The notes under the pieces are model-generated. The model did not search any database. It was not told the origin of the DNA and saw only the letters and a program-made list of their open reading frames with translations. DNA of 64,000 nucleotides from NCBI GenBank assembly GCA_900769695.1, contig CAAGHO010000049.1, positions 11,347 to 75,346 of the forward strand. Direction: 5' to 3'. This DNA is from Bacilli bacterium (GTDB lineage: Bacteria; Bacillota_I; Bacilli_A; RF39; UBA660). Both the position numbers and the translations under genes were made by a program. Positions 47,708 to 55,917 of this stretch are shown one piece after another. Every line of letters begins with the position of its first letter. Positions within the stretch are counted from its first letter, which is position 1.

Positions 47708-48358
47708 TTACAGTTCCTCCCATTTAGGAATATTTGTTTCTTTTTTCTTTCGTTCAATAAACACTGTTTCATCTTCTTCAATCTTATCTGTAATATCTTT
47801 AATTTTTCTTTGTTGATTCCAAAAATCTCTAGCTTGTATATAATATTTTGGAAAAATCTGTCCTAACCCCCATTCATTATTCCAGTCTAGTTTTAAAGTT
47901 TCATGGAAAAATTTCAATGTCATTATCATACCAGTCCACTTATACCCAAATTTATCATGTATCAGTGGTGCTTGCCTTTGTAGTAAAGGAAAATCACATT
48001 GTTTATTGCTCATATCGAAATAAATATAATCAAGAAATGTTTCCTCAAAATATGCTTCACTACCAACATATTTATTGTTATATTCATTTTCCGAACAATA
48101 ATAGTAACCTTGTTTTGTTATAAAAGATTTATCTTTTTGTATTTTTTTACCACAACAACGGCAAGTAGCTGTCTTGTCAGCATTATTACTATTCGTTTTT
48201 TTTGCCGATAATTCCTTTATTGCGTTGTTATAACATTCTTCATTACAATAATACATTCTTGGTTTATCTGGACTTGTAAAACTTTTGCTCTTATAAATAC
48301 TATTTTTACAGTATCTACATTTTACTTTTGTATCGCCTTTTTTAATTTTTTCTTCCAT
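47708..48358 (-). CDS. protein with two FCS/TRASH-like zinc ribbons (possible helicase loader by position)
   Basis: CRYCKNSI..YYCNEECY and CRCCGKKI..YYCSENEY; stop overlaps the dnaB-like start region. Confidence 0.45.
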   Translation of the reverse strand: MEEKIKKGDTKVKCRYCKNSIYKSKSFTSPDKPRMYYCNEECYNNAIKELSAKKTNSNNADKTATCRCCGKKIQKDKSFITKQGYYYCSENEYNNKYVGSEAYFEETFLDYIYFDMSNKQCDFPLLQRQAPLIHDKFGYKWTGMIMTLKFFHETLKLDWNNEWGLGQIFPKYYIQARDFWNQQRKIKDITDKIEEDETVFIERKKKETNIPKWEEL

Positions 48359-48383
48359 ATTATTTCCCTTTCAATATATATAA

Positions 48384-48412
48384 ATTCTATCACAAATTAT
48401 ATGATTTGTCAA
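48384..48412 (-). promoter_or_regulatory. sigma-A-type promoter
   Basis: - strand TTGACA-17 nt-TAGAAT with TGa. Confidence 0.55.
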
Positions 48413-48413
48413 T

Positions 48414-48456
48414 ATAAAAAATGAAACTCCTTACCGATTAAAGTAAAGAGTTTCAT
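48414..48456 (-). terminator. intrinsic terminator
   Basis: - strand TGAAACTC-18 nt-GAGTTTCA then TTTTTTAT. Confidence 0.6.
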
Positions 48457-48467
48457 TATAAATTTTA

Positions 48468-48779
48468 TTATCTTAACATTGACGGAGAAATGATATTTTC
48501 GTTAAATTCATCAAAAGCCGTAATACCGACAATCCGATTAGCCTTGTTTCTTTTCTCTCTTAAACTGCTATCATAATCGTCCAGATAACTTTTAAATCGT
48601 TCTTCTTGGTTCTCGTTCATAATAATATGAATGTCCGGCTTTATTTCTTCATCGTTCCTAATCAGTACAGCAATGTATTTAAACCCTGTGTTCATACTCA
48701 TTATATACTGATTAATAAAAGTTTCTCTACTTATTTTTACTTGCTTGTATCTGGATTTCTTTTTAGATTGAAACGGCAT
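48468..48779 (-). CDS. hypothetical protein
   Basis: 103-aa ORF. Confidence 0.5.
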   Translation of the reverse strand: MPFQSKKKSRYKQVKISRETFINQYIMSMNTGFKYIAVLIRNDEEIKPDIHIIMNENQEERFKSYLDDYDSSLREKRNKANRIVGITAFDEFNENIISPSMLR

Positions 48780-48782
48780 TTT

Positions 48783-49817
48783 TTATACCTCTACAACAAT
48801 TCCTCTGTCGCAACAGAAGTCCACAAAATTATTATAAATACTTTCAAGACAAGCAAGTTCATCATCTGTAGCAGAACTAATCTTCCTACCCTTTCCTAAC
48901 TGGTCGGCAACAACTTGATTAATATATTCTGGATAAGTTTTCCAAAGTTTCTGTACATATGGCTGAATTAAAGCTAACCATTCCTCTTTAGTTGTTACGT
49001 TTTCATAAGGCTTAAATGTAGTAAGTCCAACATTTTCATTCTCAGCAGATTTCTTAATAGCTTTTTCCATTGCATCGCACATGTTCTTTGCTGTGAATGG
49101 GTCAATAAATGCTTGCATAGCATATCTACTTCTAGCAAATACATGAGAAGTCTGCTTACAAATACCAGTAGACATTATTGTTTCATTTGTTTCTGGGTCA
49201 ATACCATTTGATTTAAGATAAATTGTAAAATCACAAATATCTCTAATCATACGCATAGAAGATTTAACATTTCCAGAACCTTTAGGCTGAACAAAAGTTG
49301 TGGTTTCACCTGTTAATTCATCAACGTGATTCTCGTCAACTTCCTCGTGAGCAATGAAAATAATAAAATATCCCTGTGATGTAAGTTTATTAATCTGCAT
49401 TGCAAATTTACGTCTAGCAATCTTATAACCATTAGATTTTCCTTCAATTTCACTTAAATCTCTTACACCAAACTCTTTACATACAGACTGTTCACAAAGG
49501 TCAACAAGGTTCTCCGCAGTATCAATAATTACTGTAAAAAACTTTTCATGCATTTCTTTACTTGTCTGTGGTGCTGTAAGATAATTTACATTAGTTGTAA
49601 AATCAGCCCAAGAATTAATAGCAATTTTATAACCCCTAACACCATTACCACCGCTCTCAGTCATTAAAAGTAAAGGCCTTTCACATTTCATAGCTTGTGT
49701 TGTCTTTCCCAATGAATTGCCAGAATATAACAAAACACGTTGACCAGCTAAACCTCCTACCATTTCTTCAATTTTAAGGTCTAAAAGTGGGTTATTTCTT
49801 TTCTTTTCGTCTGCCAT
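48783..49817 (-). CDS. AAA_24 / Sak4-like RecA-fold ATPase (recombination)
   Basis: ..RVLLYSGNSLGKTTQAMKCERPLLLMTESGG..INSWADF.. matches the AAA_24 layout. Confidence 0.6.
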   Translation of the reverse strand: MADEKKRNNPLLDLKIEEMVGGLAGQRVLLYSGNSLGKTTQAMKCERPLLLMTESGGNGVRGYKIAINSWADFTTNVNYLTAPQTSKEMHEKFFTVIIDTAENLVDLCEQSVCKEFGVRDLSEIEGKSNGYKIARRKFAMQINKLTSQGYFIIFIAHEEVDENHVDELTGETTTFVQPKGSGNVKSSMRMIRDICDFTIYLKSNGIDPETNETIMSTGICKQTSHVFARSRYAMQAFIDPFTAKNMCDAMEKAIKKSAENENVGLTTFKPYENVTTKEEWLALIQPYVQKLWKTYPEYINQVVADQLGKGRKISSATDDELACLESIYNNFVDFCCDRGIVVEV

Positions 49818-49975
49818 TATTTAATTCCTCCATATGAAATCATTATGTTTTATTTATATCAATTTTTATTTCTTAAATTAGTACAAGCGGTTTGATTTTT
49901 TTAGACTACCAATTTATCATCTAACCTATCCTAACCGCTTGTAACCACTTTATACTAACTCATAACTACTTATTT

Positions 49976-50986
49976 TTAGAAAGGAGCGTCACCCATATCA
50001 GCCATGTTCACATTTGGCTTACGTCCACCAAGACCTTTGCCACTTGATTTCTGAGAAGAACCACTGTCTTTATTTTCTTTTGCGTCCTTTTCAATCTTTT
50101 CAAGTTTCATCTTACGTTCATTCATAAGTTCTTTCATTACTTCTGGTGTGAAAGGCTTTTTCTTTTCGTCCTCAGTATCATCTGTATAAGCAGGCTCACC
50201 ACCAATTACAACCAGTTCTAATACATCAAATCCCTCTGCTACCTTTGCTTTTCTACCAAATCCCGCAGATTTCTTCTTTTCATCGCCCACATGACGCATA
50301 ACAAGTTCAACACCTAAACAGCAAGTATCACCTACAGCATAACCGTTTACTACTGTTCCTTCATCATCAGTCCAACCATTTACAAATGCTTCTGCTAAAT
50401 CTTCTGGAACAATTAAACTATAAGGCTCTGCTTCACTGTTAAAATTAATTGTAATAAATTCTACAAGTAATCTACCAGTTTCTTCTGCTTCTTCTGTGTC
50501 GCTCTTAGGGATTGTCATTTCTGGTTTAATAGAACGAATAACACCTTCAAGTGAAAAATCTGTCTGAGATTCTGCATCTGAATTTTCTCTATTTACAACT
50601 CTTAATCTAATCTGTGGTGAAGATACCATTTTACCACTATTCTGGTTATATCTATCCCAACAGCTAAGTCCTACGGTAGCACCAATAATACTTGGTGTAA
50701 GTGATTTATCTTTTGCGGCTTCTACAGCAGATACATAGCTGTTATGAAGTGTTTCAAAATTTGCATACAGCTTGGTCTTTGTACCATCTTTCTTACACTC
50801 TGGACAATTAACTCTTAAATTAAAATCACCGTTTACAGTAGAAACTACAATATTTCCCTGTACAGCATTGCACTTAAACTTGGTGTTATCGTCCTTCGTT
50901 AATTCAATCTGTTTAATCTCTGTATTCTTTTCAGAAAGAGTACCAATTAAAAGTCCTGTGTTAGTTGTCTGTCTTACATTCTTCAT
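49976..50986 (-). CDS. second SSB-like protein with acidic ..DMGDAPF tail
   Basis: 336 aa; Gly/Ser/Lys-rich linker and C-terminal MADMGDAPF like the SSB protein-interaction tip; no Shine-Dalgarno before the ATG. Confidence 0.5.
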   Translation of the reverse strand: MKNVRQTTNTGLLIGTLSEKNTEIKQIELTKDDNTKFKCNAVQGNIVVSTVNGDFNLRVNCPECKKDGTKTKLYANFETLHNSYVSAVEAAKDKSLTPSIIGATVGLSCWDRYNQNSGKMVSSPQIRLRVVNRENSDAESQTDFSLEGVIRSIKPEMTIPKSDTEEAEETGRLLVEFITINFNSEAEPYSLIVPEDLAEAFVNGWTDDEGTVVNGYAVGDTCCLGVELVMRHVGDEKKKSAGFGRKAKVAEGFDVLELVVIGGEPAYTDDTEDEKKKPFTPEVMKELMNERKMKLEKIEKDAKENKDSGSSQKSSGKGLGGRKPNVNMADMGDAPF

Positions 50987-51067
50987 AGTTTAGTTATCTG
51001 CTACTAAAAACATATACAAATGTGCATATGCTAGATGATTTGCTATAATCTCACGATTTATAGTTAC

Positions 51068-51163
51068 TGTTTCAACGTGTATGCTTTGGTGGTTAAAAGT
51101 AACACACTACTCACAAGTTCTTGTACACTCCACAGTCGTAAATTCCCGACTTAGCCATCGGTA
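51068..51163 (-). other. conserved leader element, copy 1 (in the 445-nt ORF-free spacer)
   Basis: - strand GUACCGAUGGCUAAGUCGGGAAUUUACGACUGUGGAGUGUACAAG..UGUGAG..ACGUUGAAACA; shares ordered blocks with 55373-55436. Confidence 0.45.
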
Positions 51164-51431
51164 CATATCTGTAAATTCTTATATTTGATTAGATACAGAT
51201 TTCATCTAAGTAGCTTTTCCTTTCTTAATATTTTATGTTTTGCTACTTGGTTTTCGTAGACTTCTACCATTGTCCAAACGCCACCATCAAGGTTCTATCC
51301 TATAATTAGCAAGGCTGTTCCAACTTGCACTGGTTACTTCTCGACGTTTCCGACTGCTTTGACGTTAGCACAAACGAATACTCTGGATTTTGAGTATATT
51401 TGAACCTATTTGTTCACATTTAATTGTATTT

Positions 51432-51704
51432 TTAGTTACTTATCTTTCCTCCTTTGATTTCTTTATTTGATTTTAAATAATTACTTTTAGTTCCCTGTTC
51501 TACTATTTCTTTTTTTGACAACTCAGCGGCACAAAAAGTGCTAAGGCCTGCGATATTTTTACCTCTGGTAATCATATCCTGTACAATCTTAATTGCAGAA
51601 TAATAACCACCCATAGCCGCATTGATAGCAATTTCTTTTTCTTTCTGCTTTAAGTTTTCTGTAATCTGATTAATTACTCTTTGTTTTTTATTGATTCTTG
51701 GCAA
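51432..51704 (-). CDS. hypothetical protein
   Basis: TTG 51704 follows AAAGGAG; track ORF extends to GTG 51749. Confidence 0.45.
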   Translation of the reverse strand: MPRINKKQRVINQITENLKQKEKEIAINAAMGGYYSAIKIVQDMITRGKNIAGLSTFCAAELSKKEIVEQGTKSNYLKSNKEIKGGKISN

Positions 51705-51748
51705 ATTGATTTTCTCCTTTCCTATTGATTTATATAGTAATAATACCA

Positions 51749-51997
51749 CTACATTACAATTTTGTCAAGGATAATATTACTAAATTTCTCAACAAAATCA
51801 TTAGCATTATCGGTATACAAAATAACAATAATAGGATTAGAAATATCCATTCCCATAAGACCAATTAAGGATTTACCATCTAAAACTTTACTGTTGTACC
51901 TAATATCAATATTATAATTGCAACTATCAGCCCACTTATTAAACTGAAACAAATCATCTTTACTGTTAAATTTTACTCTATAATATATTCTTTCCAT
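51749..51997 (-). CDS. HPr/Crh-like protein lacking the His15 site
   Basis: ..NIDIRYNSKVLDGKSLIGLMGMDISNPIIVILYTDNANDFVEKF.. aligns by eye with HPr ..[43 protein letters not shown].. Confidence 0.5.
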   Translation of the reverse strand: MERIYYRVKFNSKDDLFQFNKWADSCNYNIDIRYNSKVLDGKSLIGLMGMDISNPIIVILYTDNANDFVEKFSNIILDKIVM

Positions 51998-52004
51998 ATT
52001 GTCC

Positions 52005-52466
52005 TCACTTAGAAAACCAATGATTACCTAACTTAGTAAACCCGTGACCATTAGATTTACCCGTAGAAAAATAAACATATTCAGTTGTTGATAATGATGT
52101 ATTTCCATTTTCTAAAACATATCTTACAGCTTCAATATTTTCTTCATTAGGCGTTGTCTTACTTAACATTTTAGCTGTAGAAAACTGTTTTCTCTGATAA
52201 ATAACATCATTCACGTTATCTGGAAAATCACTACTAAGGCAACGATTTAATACCACTTCTGCTACTGCACGTTGGCCCTCAGTGCTTTCGCCTCTTGATT
52301 CACAGTAGACCAAGCGGCTCATTAGGTCTATATCTTCTTCTGAAATTTCAATTTCGTCATACGGATTCAATTTAGTCATTTCGTCCGCAAATGACGTAGT
52401 TACAAACAAGTAGCACATGGTTAAAACAGCTACAAGTAGTTTCATCTTATAAATTATTGACTTCAA
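52005..52466 (-). CDS. SleB/CwlJ-family cell wall hydrolase with signal peptide
   Basis: ..DIDLMSRLVYCESRGESTEGQRAVAEVVLNRCLSSDFPDNVNDVIYQRKQFS.. (Hydrolase_2 motif); hydrophobic N-terminus; TTG start after AAGGAG. Confidence 0.7.
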   Translation of the reverse strand: MKSIIYKMKLLVAVLTMCYLFVTTSFADEMTKLNPYDEIEISEEDIDLMSRLVYCESRGESTEGQRAVAEVVLNRCLSSDFPDNVNDVIYQRKQFSTAKMLSKTTPNEENIEAVRYVLENGNTSLSTTEYVYFSTGKSNGHGFTKLGNHWFSK

Positions 52467-52532
52467 TACAAAATCTCCTTTATCTCTTTTATACTAACTC
52501 ATACCACGATTTATAAACTTCCATATATAGAT

Positions 52533-52721
52533 TCATCTACTTTCACCAAACTTATCACATTTCTGTTCCAAAAATTGAATTGAATTTTCTATATTTTTAA
52601 TCAAAGTTTTCTTTTCTTCTGGTGAAATTATCTCATCAGAAGAAAAGAAAACAATGTTTTGCACTTTAACTAAAAGCATTTTCGCTCTTAATAATTTCTC
52701 ATAATCTCTAGTCATATTCAC
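52533..52721 (-). CDS. hypothetical protein
   Basis: 62-aa helical ORF. Confidence 0.45.
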   Translation of the reverse strand: MNMTRDYEKLLRAKMLLVKVQNIVFFSSDEIISPEEKKTLIKNIENSIQFLEQKCDKFGESR

Positions 52722-52724
52722 CTC

Positions 52725-53528
52725 TTAGAAAACAGATACCATGGCATTTTTAATAGTTTCCTCAGTGTTATGCACGTACCTCTGGGTCGTAGAGAGATTT
52801 ACATGCCCCACAACCTCTCTTGCTACGGCAACGCCACTTGTCAAAGTTACAGCCGATATAAACGAATGGCGTAAACTATGATTAGTTATATCCTCACTTA
52901 ACCCTGCTTTTTTAGCGTTTTTCTTTAACATTTTAGCAATTAAATCATGTCGCATAGGAGTACCATAATTACTTACAAACAGATTATCAATACCACTATC
53001 TTTACGAACCTTTAAGTATTCGTCAATATATCCTCTACACTTATCATTAAGATATACTTTTCTTTCTTTGTCACCTTTAGCAACGAATACGATTTCATCT
53101 TTCTCATACTGCTCTACAGTTAAATTTACCAGTTCATTAACTCGCATACCAGTTGAAAGGTATAATGCAATGATAGCTTTATCTCTGGGGGATTTAGCAA
53201 CATCCAACAATTTCTTTGCTTCGTTCATAGGGATATATTCTTTTTCGTGATTCTTTACTTTTGGAATTTTGATTTTAGCAGAAGGATTAGTAGAAATAAA
53301 TTCCATGTCAGAAAGAAAATTGAAATAGGATTTAATAGCTGTCAGTTTACGTGCTGTTGTAGCACTGCTGTACTCACTCATAGACACTTTGTAATCGTAA
53401 ATATCAGCATAAGTGATTTCAGTTTCGTCTTTACCAGTAAAATCAAAGAACTGTTTTAAATCATTCTCGTATGCTACCTTTGTATGTTCACTCTTTAAAC
53501 CATTTAAAAATCTTGTAATATTTGTCAT
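52725..53528 (-). CDS. tyrosine recombinase (XerC/D-sized phage integrase family)
   Basis: ..LYLSTGMRVNEL.. (Arg), ..HSLRHSFISAV.. (HxxR), ..GHVNLSTTQRYVH (catalytic Tyr). Confidence 0.75.
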   Translation of the reverse strand: MTNITRFLNGLKSEHTKVAYENDLKQFFDFTGKDETEITYADIYDYKVSMSEYSSATTARKLTAIKSYFNFLSDMEFISTNPSAKIKIPKVKNHEKEYIPMNEAKKLLDVAKSPRDKAIIALYLSTGMRVNELVNLTVEQYEKDEIVFVAKGDKERKVYLNDKCRGYIDEYLKVRKDSGIDNLFVSNYGTPMRHDLIAKMLKKNAKKAGLSEDITNHSLRHSFISAVTLTSGVAVAREVVGHVNLSTTQRYVHNTEETIKNAMVSVF

Positions 53529-53559
53529 AACTTTTATTCTCCTTTGTTTTTATACATAA

Positions 53560-53588
53560 ATAATAGCATAGATACTGATTTTTGTCAA
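53560..53588 (-). promoter_or_regulatory. sigma-A-type promoter of the recombinase gene
   Basis: - strand TTGACA-17 nt-TATTAT with TGc. Confidence 0.55.
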
Positions 53589-53629
53589 TACCTATGTTAC
53601 ATTTTCTTATAAAAAGTATTACATTTTTG

Positions 53630-54205
53630 TTAAAAACATTTTTTATCTTTCTTATCTTTATTTCTTTCAAGAAATTCTCTAATTAAAGGAATTTCTGCAA
53701 TAAATATCTTAGTAATATCATAGTCACAAATCTTACAATGTAAGTAAGCATTATTATACATTGGATAAGTAATAGACACTCTACGTTTACCGCACTTAGG
53801 GCAGTATAAATTATTCAGACGTTTCATCATTTTTCGTCTAGCTTCTGCCTTTTCTTTATAAGTTATATCTTCAACATATCTAAATATCTTGTCTAATTTT
53901 TCCCTTGCTAATTTAGCTTCACCTTGCCAGAGAACTTTTATTTTTTCTGTTTCCACAATTAAATCTTTTACTTCTTCATCAAGTTTAACACTATAATCTG
54001 AGTTCAATGTTGCCACTTTTAACAGTAAATGTGTATCATCATACTTCTTTGACTTTAAAACAAAACATAAAAAGTTAGGATATAAATAAGTAGAAAAGAG
54101 TACAATACGTCTATTAACATCTACTGTATATTTCCTATTCTTCTTCATTGTTTCACTGCGTTTTTTATTTGCTCTACGCCTAGCCATTAATGCTCTACCT
54201 GCCAA
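53630..54205 (-). CDS. hypothetical protein with C-terminal zinc ribbon
   Basis: 191 aa; CPKCG..CKIC; TTG start after GGAAGGAG. Confidence 0.5.
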   Translation of the reverse strand: MAGRALMARRRANKKRSETMKKNRKYTVDVNRRIVLFSTYLYPNFLCFVLKSKKYDDTHLLLKVATLNSDYSVKLDEEVKDLIVETEKIKVLWQGEAKLAREKLDKIFRYVEDITYKEKAEARRKMMKRLNNLYCPKCGKRRVSITYPMYNNAYLHCKICDYDITKIFIAEIPLIREFLERNKDKKDKKCF

Positions 54206-54656
54206 ATTTATCTCCTTCCGTATTCCAAGTGTCTACATGATTCCAGTACCATTCTAAATAATCATCTTGATAAACCTCGGTGATTTCTTTTTTGCCATAA
54301 TCATAAGCAAAATTAATATTCTGACTTGCTGTATCAGAACTACGTGTCACCCAAAATACTTCTGTGATATTTCTAAAACTTACGTTTTTTATACTGTGAA
54401 ATTCAGCCCAAATTTCAAATATCTGTTCTGCTTCATATTGAGTTTCAGCGGCAATATTAATAGGTTTTGCCACTCGCCTACGATTGGTTTCACTATCAAG
54501 ATAACTAAAATAAAAAGAATAAACATTAAAAGTCGGATTCTTTTTTTGCTCTTCTTCATCTTTTTCATCTAATAGTCTACGTTTATAACTTAAATATTCA
54601 TCAGCACTATCAAAATTCAAAGGTCTTTTTTTAGTTTTCAAAATAATCAACTCCAT
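54195..54656 (-). CDS. hypothetical protein
   Basis: 153-aa ORF overlapping both neighbours; start uncertain (ATG 54656 or TTG 54641). Confidence 0.45.
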   Translation of the reverse strand: MELIILKTKKRPLNFDSADEYLSYKRRLLDEKDEEEQKKNPTFNVYSFYFSYLDSETNRRRVAKPINIAAETQYEAEQIFEIWAEFHSIKNVSFRNITEVFWVTRSSDTASQNINFAYDYGKKEITEVYQDDYLEWYWNHVDTWNTEGDKFGR

Positions 54657-55206
54657 TTTCGTCTAATTTACATTTCAATTTTTTTCCTATATCTTTACAT
54701 ATTATTCTAACTCTTTCTCTTGTTATTCCAAATTCAGAAGCTATTTTCTCTAATGTGTCACCTTGTAATCTCATTATGAAAATTTCATAATTTCGTTTTG
54801 AGATTTTCAATTCACTAAATGCTTTTTTAGTATCAATTTTAAAACAAACATCATTTTCAAAAAACGAATTTTCATTCACGATAAAATCTAAAATATTATA
54901 ATTCTCTTTATCTTTATCAAATTTATATTCAAAATCTAAAGATAAAATTTCATCTTCTGGAATATACTTAACATATTTTTTATTTCTTAATACTAACAGA
55001 TATTCGTTTTTCATTATTTTAATTAAATAAGTGCTTAATTTAACACCTTTTGTTTCGTCATAAGAATTAATACCTTTCATATATCCAATAGCAATTATAT
55101 CATACCATTCATCTATATCTAAATGATTTTTCCAACAAAACCAATAGATAAGATTATGATTTTCTTCTGCTAATTTCTTTCTATCAATAGAGGGGGTAGT
55201 TTCCAC
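54631..55206 (-). CDS. sigma-70 family sigma factor (regions 2 and 4 only)
   Basis: ..NLIYWFCWKNHLDIDEWYDIIAIGYMKGINSYDETKGVKLSTYLIKIMKNEY.. (region 2) and ..NYEIFIMRLQGDTLEKIASEFGITRERVRIICKDIGKKLK (region 4 HTH); GTG start. Confidence 0.7.
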   Translation of the reverse strand: METTPSIDRKKLAEENHNLIYWFCWKNHLDIDEWYDIIAIGYMKGINSYDETKGVKLSTYLIKIMKNEYLLVLRNKKYVKYIPEDEILSLDFEYKFDKDKENYNILDFIVNENSFFENDVCFKIDTKKAFSELKISKRNYEIFIMRLQGDTLEKIASEFGITRERVRIICKDIGKKLKCKLDENGVDYFEN

Positions 55207-55372
55207 TTTTCAAATTCCTTTCATACTTTCTATATTAAAAATCGATTTGGATTTTCTAATGTCTTATATACTCTATAATATGCTTTCAGCACATACTTAC
55301 CATCTTTTTCAACTGTTTTAGTAAGGTCTAAAGTCTTGTGAACCGCCCATAAGTTAAAACTCATTGGCTTCT

Positions 55373-55436
55373 TGTTTCAACGTTCTCACAGCCTACAAAC
55401 TCCACAAGCGTAAAATTCCGATAGTTCCTACCGTAC
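55373..55436 (-). other. conserved leader element, copy 2 (in the 335-nt ORF-free spacer before the sigma gene)
   Basis: - strand GUACGGUAGGAACUAUCGGAAUUUUACGCUUGUGGAGUUUGUAGGCUGUGAGAACGUUGAAACA. Confidence 0.45.
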
Positions 55437-55541
55437 TAAATATATATTTCGCATTCTTCCCTTTAACTAGAACTAATAGGATTGCGAACTAATTTTTTTC
55501 AAAATCCTTACATTAAAAATTATAAATGAAATATTCTTTTT

Positions 55542-55772
55542 TTATTTATTAAGTTCTTTTTCTACATAAAAAGCAACATTAACGTTTTTATTACAACCAC
55601 TACACGCACAATAATCTCGTCTATCAATTTCAAAAAATACTGTATCTCTTAAAAATTTATTAATTTCAGTACAAAAATAGCATTTGTTAAATTCACCTTT
55701 TTCCATAACAGCTTTATCTCTGACGGTCATTTTTTCAATCTCTTCCTCAGTCAAAACTATTTCCATTTTCAT
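55542..55772 (-). CDS. small zinc-ribbon protein
   Basis: ATG 55772 after AAAGGAG (track ORF starts 55847); CYFC..CACSGC. Confidence 0.5.
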   Translation of the reverse strand: MKMEIVLTEEEIEKMTVRDKAVMEKGEFNKCYFCTEINKFLRDTVFFEIDRRDYCACSGCNKNVNVAFYVEKELNK

Positions 55773-55818
55773 AAAAAATTTTTCTCCTTTCGTTATGCGG
55801 TAATGACTTCTATATAAA

Positions 55819-55847
55819 AGAATAACATAAACATTTGGTTTTGTCAA
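55819..55847 (-). promoter_or_regulatory. sigma-A-type promoter
   Basis: - strand TTGACA-17 nt-TATTCT. Confidence 0.4.
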
Positions 55848-55917
55848 TAGATAAGATAAAGATTATAAAAGAAAATGTTTAAACAATAAAGAAAAATAAA
55901 AAAATAAATAAAAAACT

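Noticed and set aside
51110-51170. 19-codon ORF (MYRWLSREFTTVECTRTCE) over the conserved leader motif
   Set aside because: The homologous segment at 55373-55436 has a stop codon where the start should be, so the conservation is at the nucleotide or RNA level.
51068-55436. ECF-type (TGAAAC ... CGT) or sporulation-sigma-type (CATACA) promoters in the long spacers
   Set aside because: TGAAAC and CATACA-like hexamers are present, but the partner elements are missing or at the wrong spacing in at least one copy. This is too weak to call without transcription start data.
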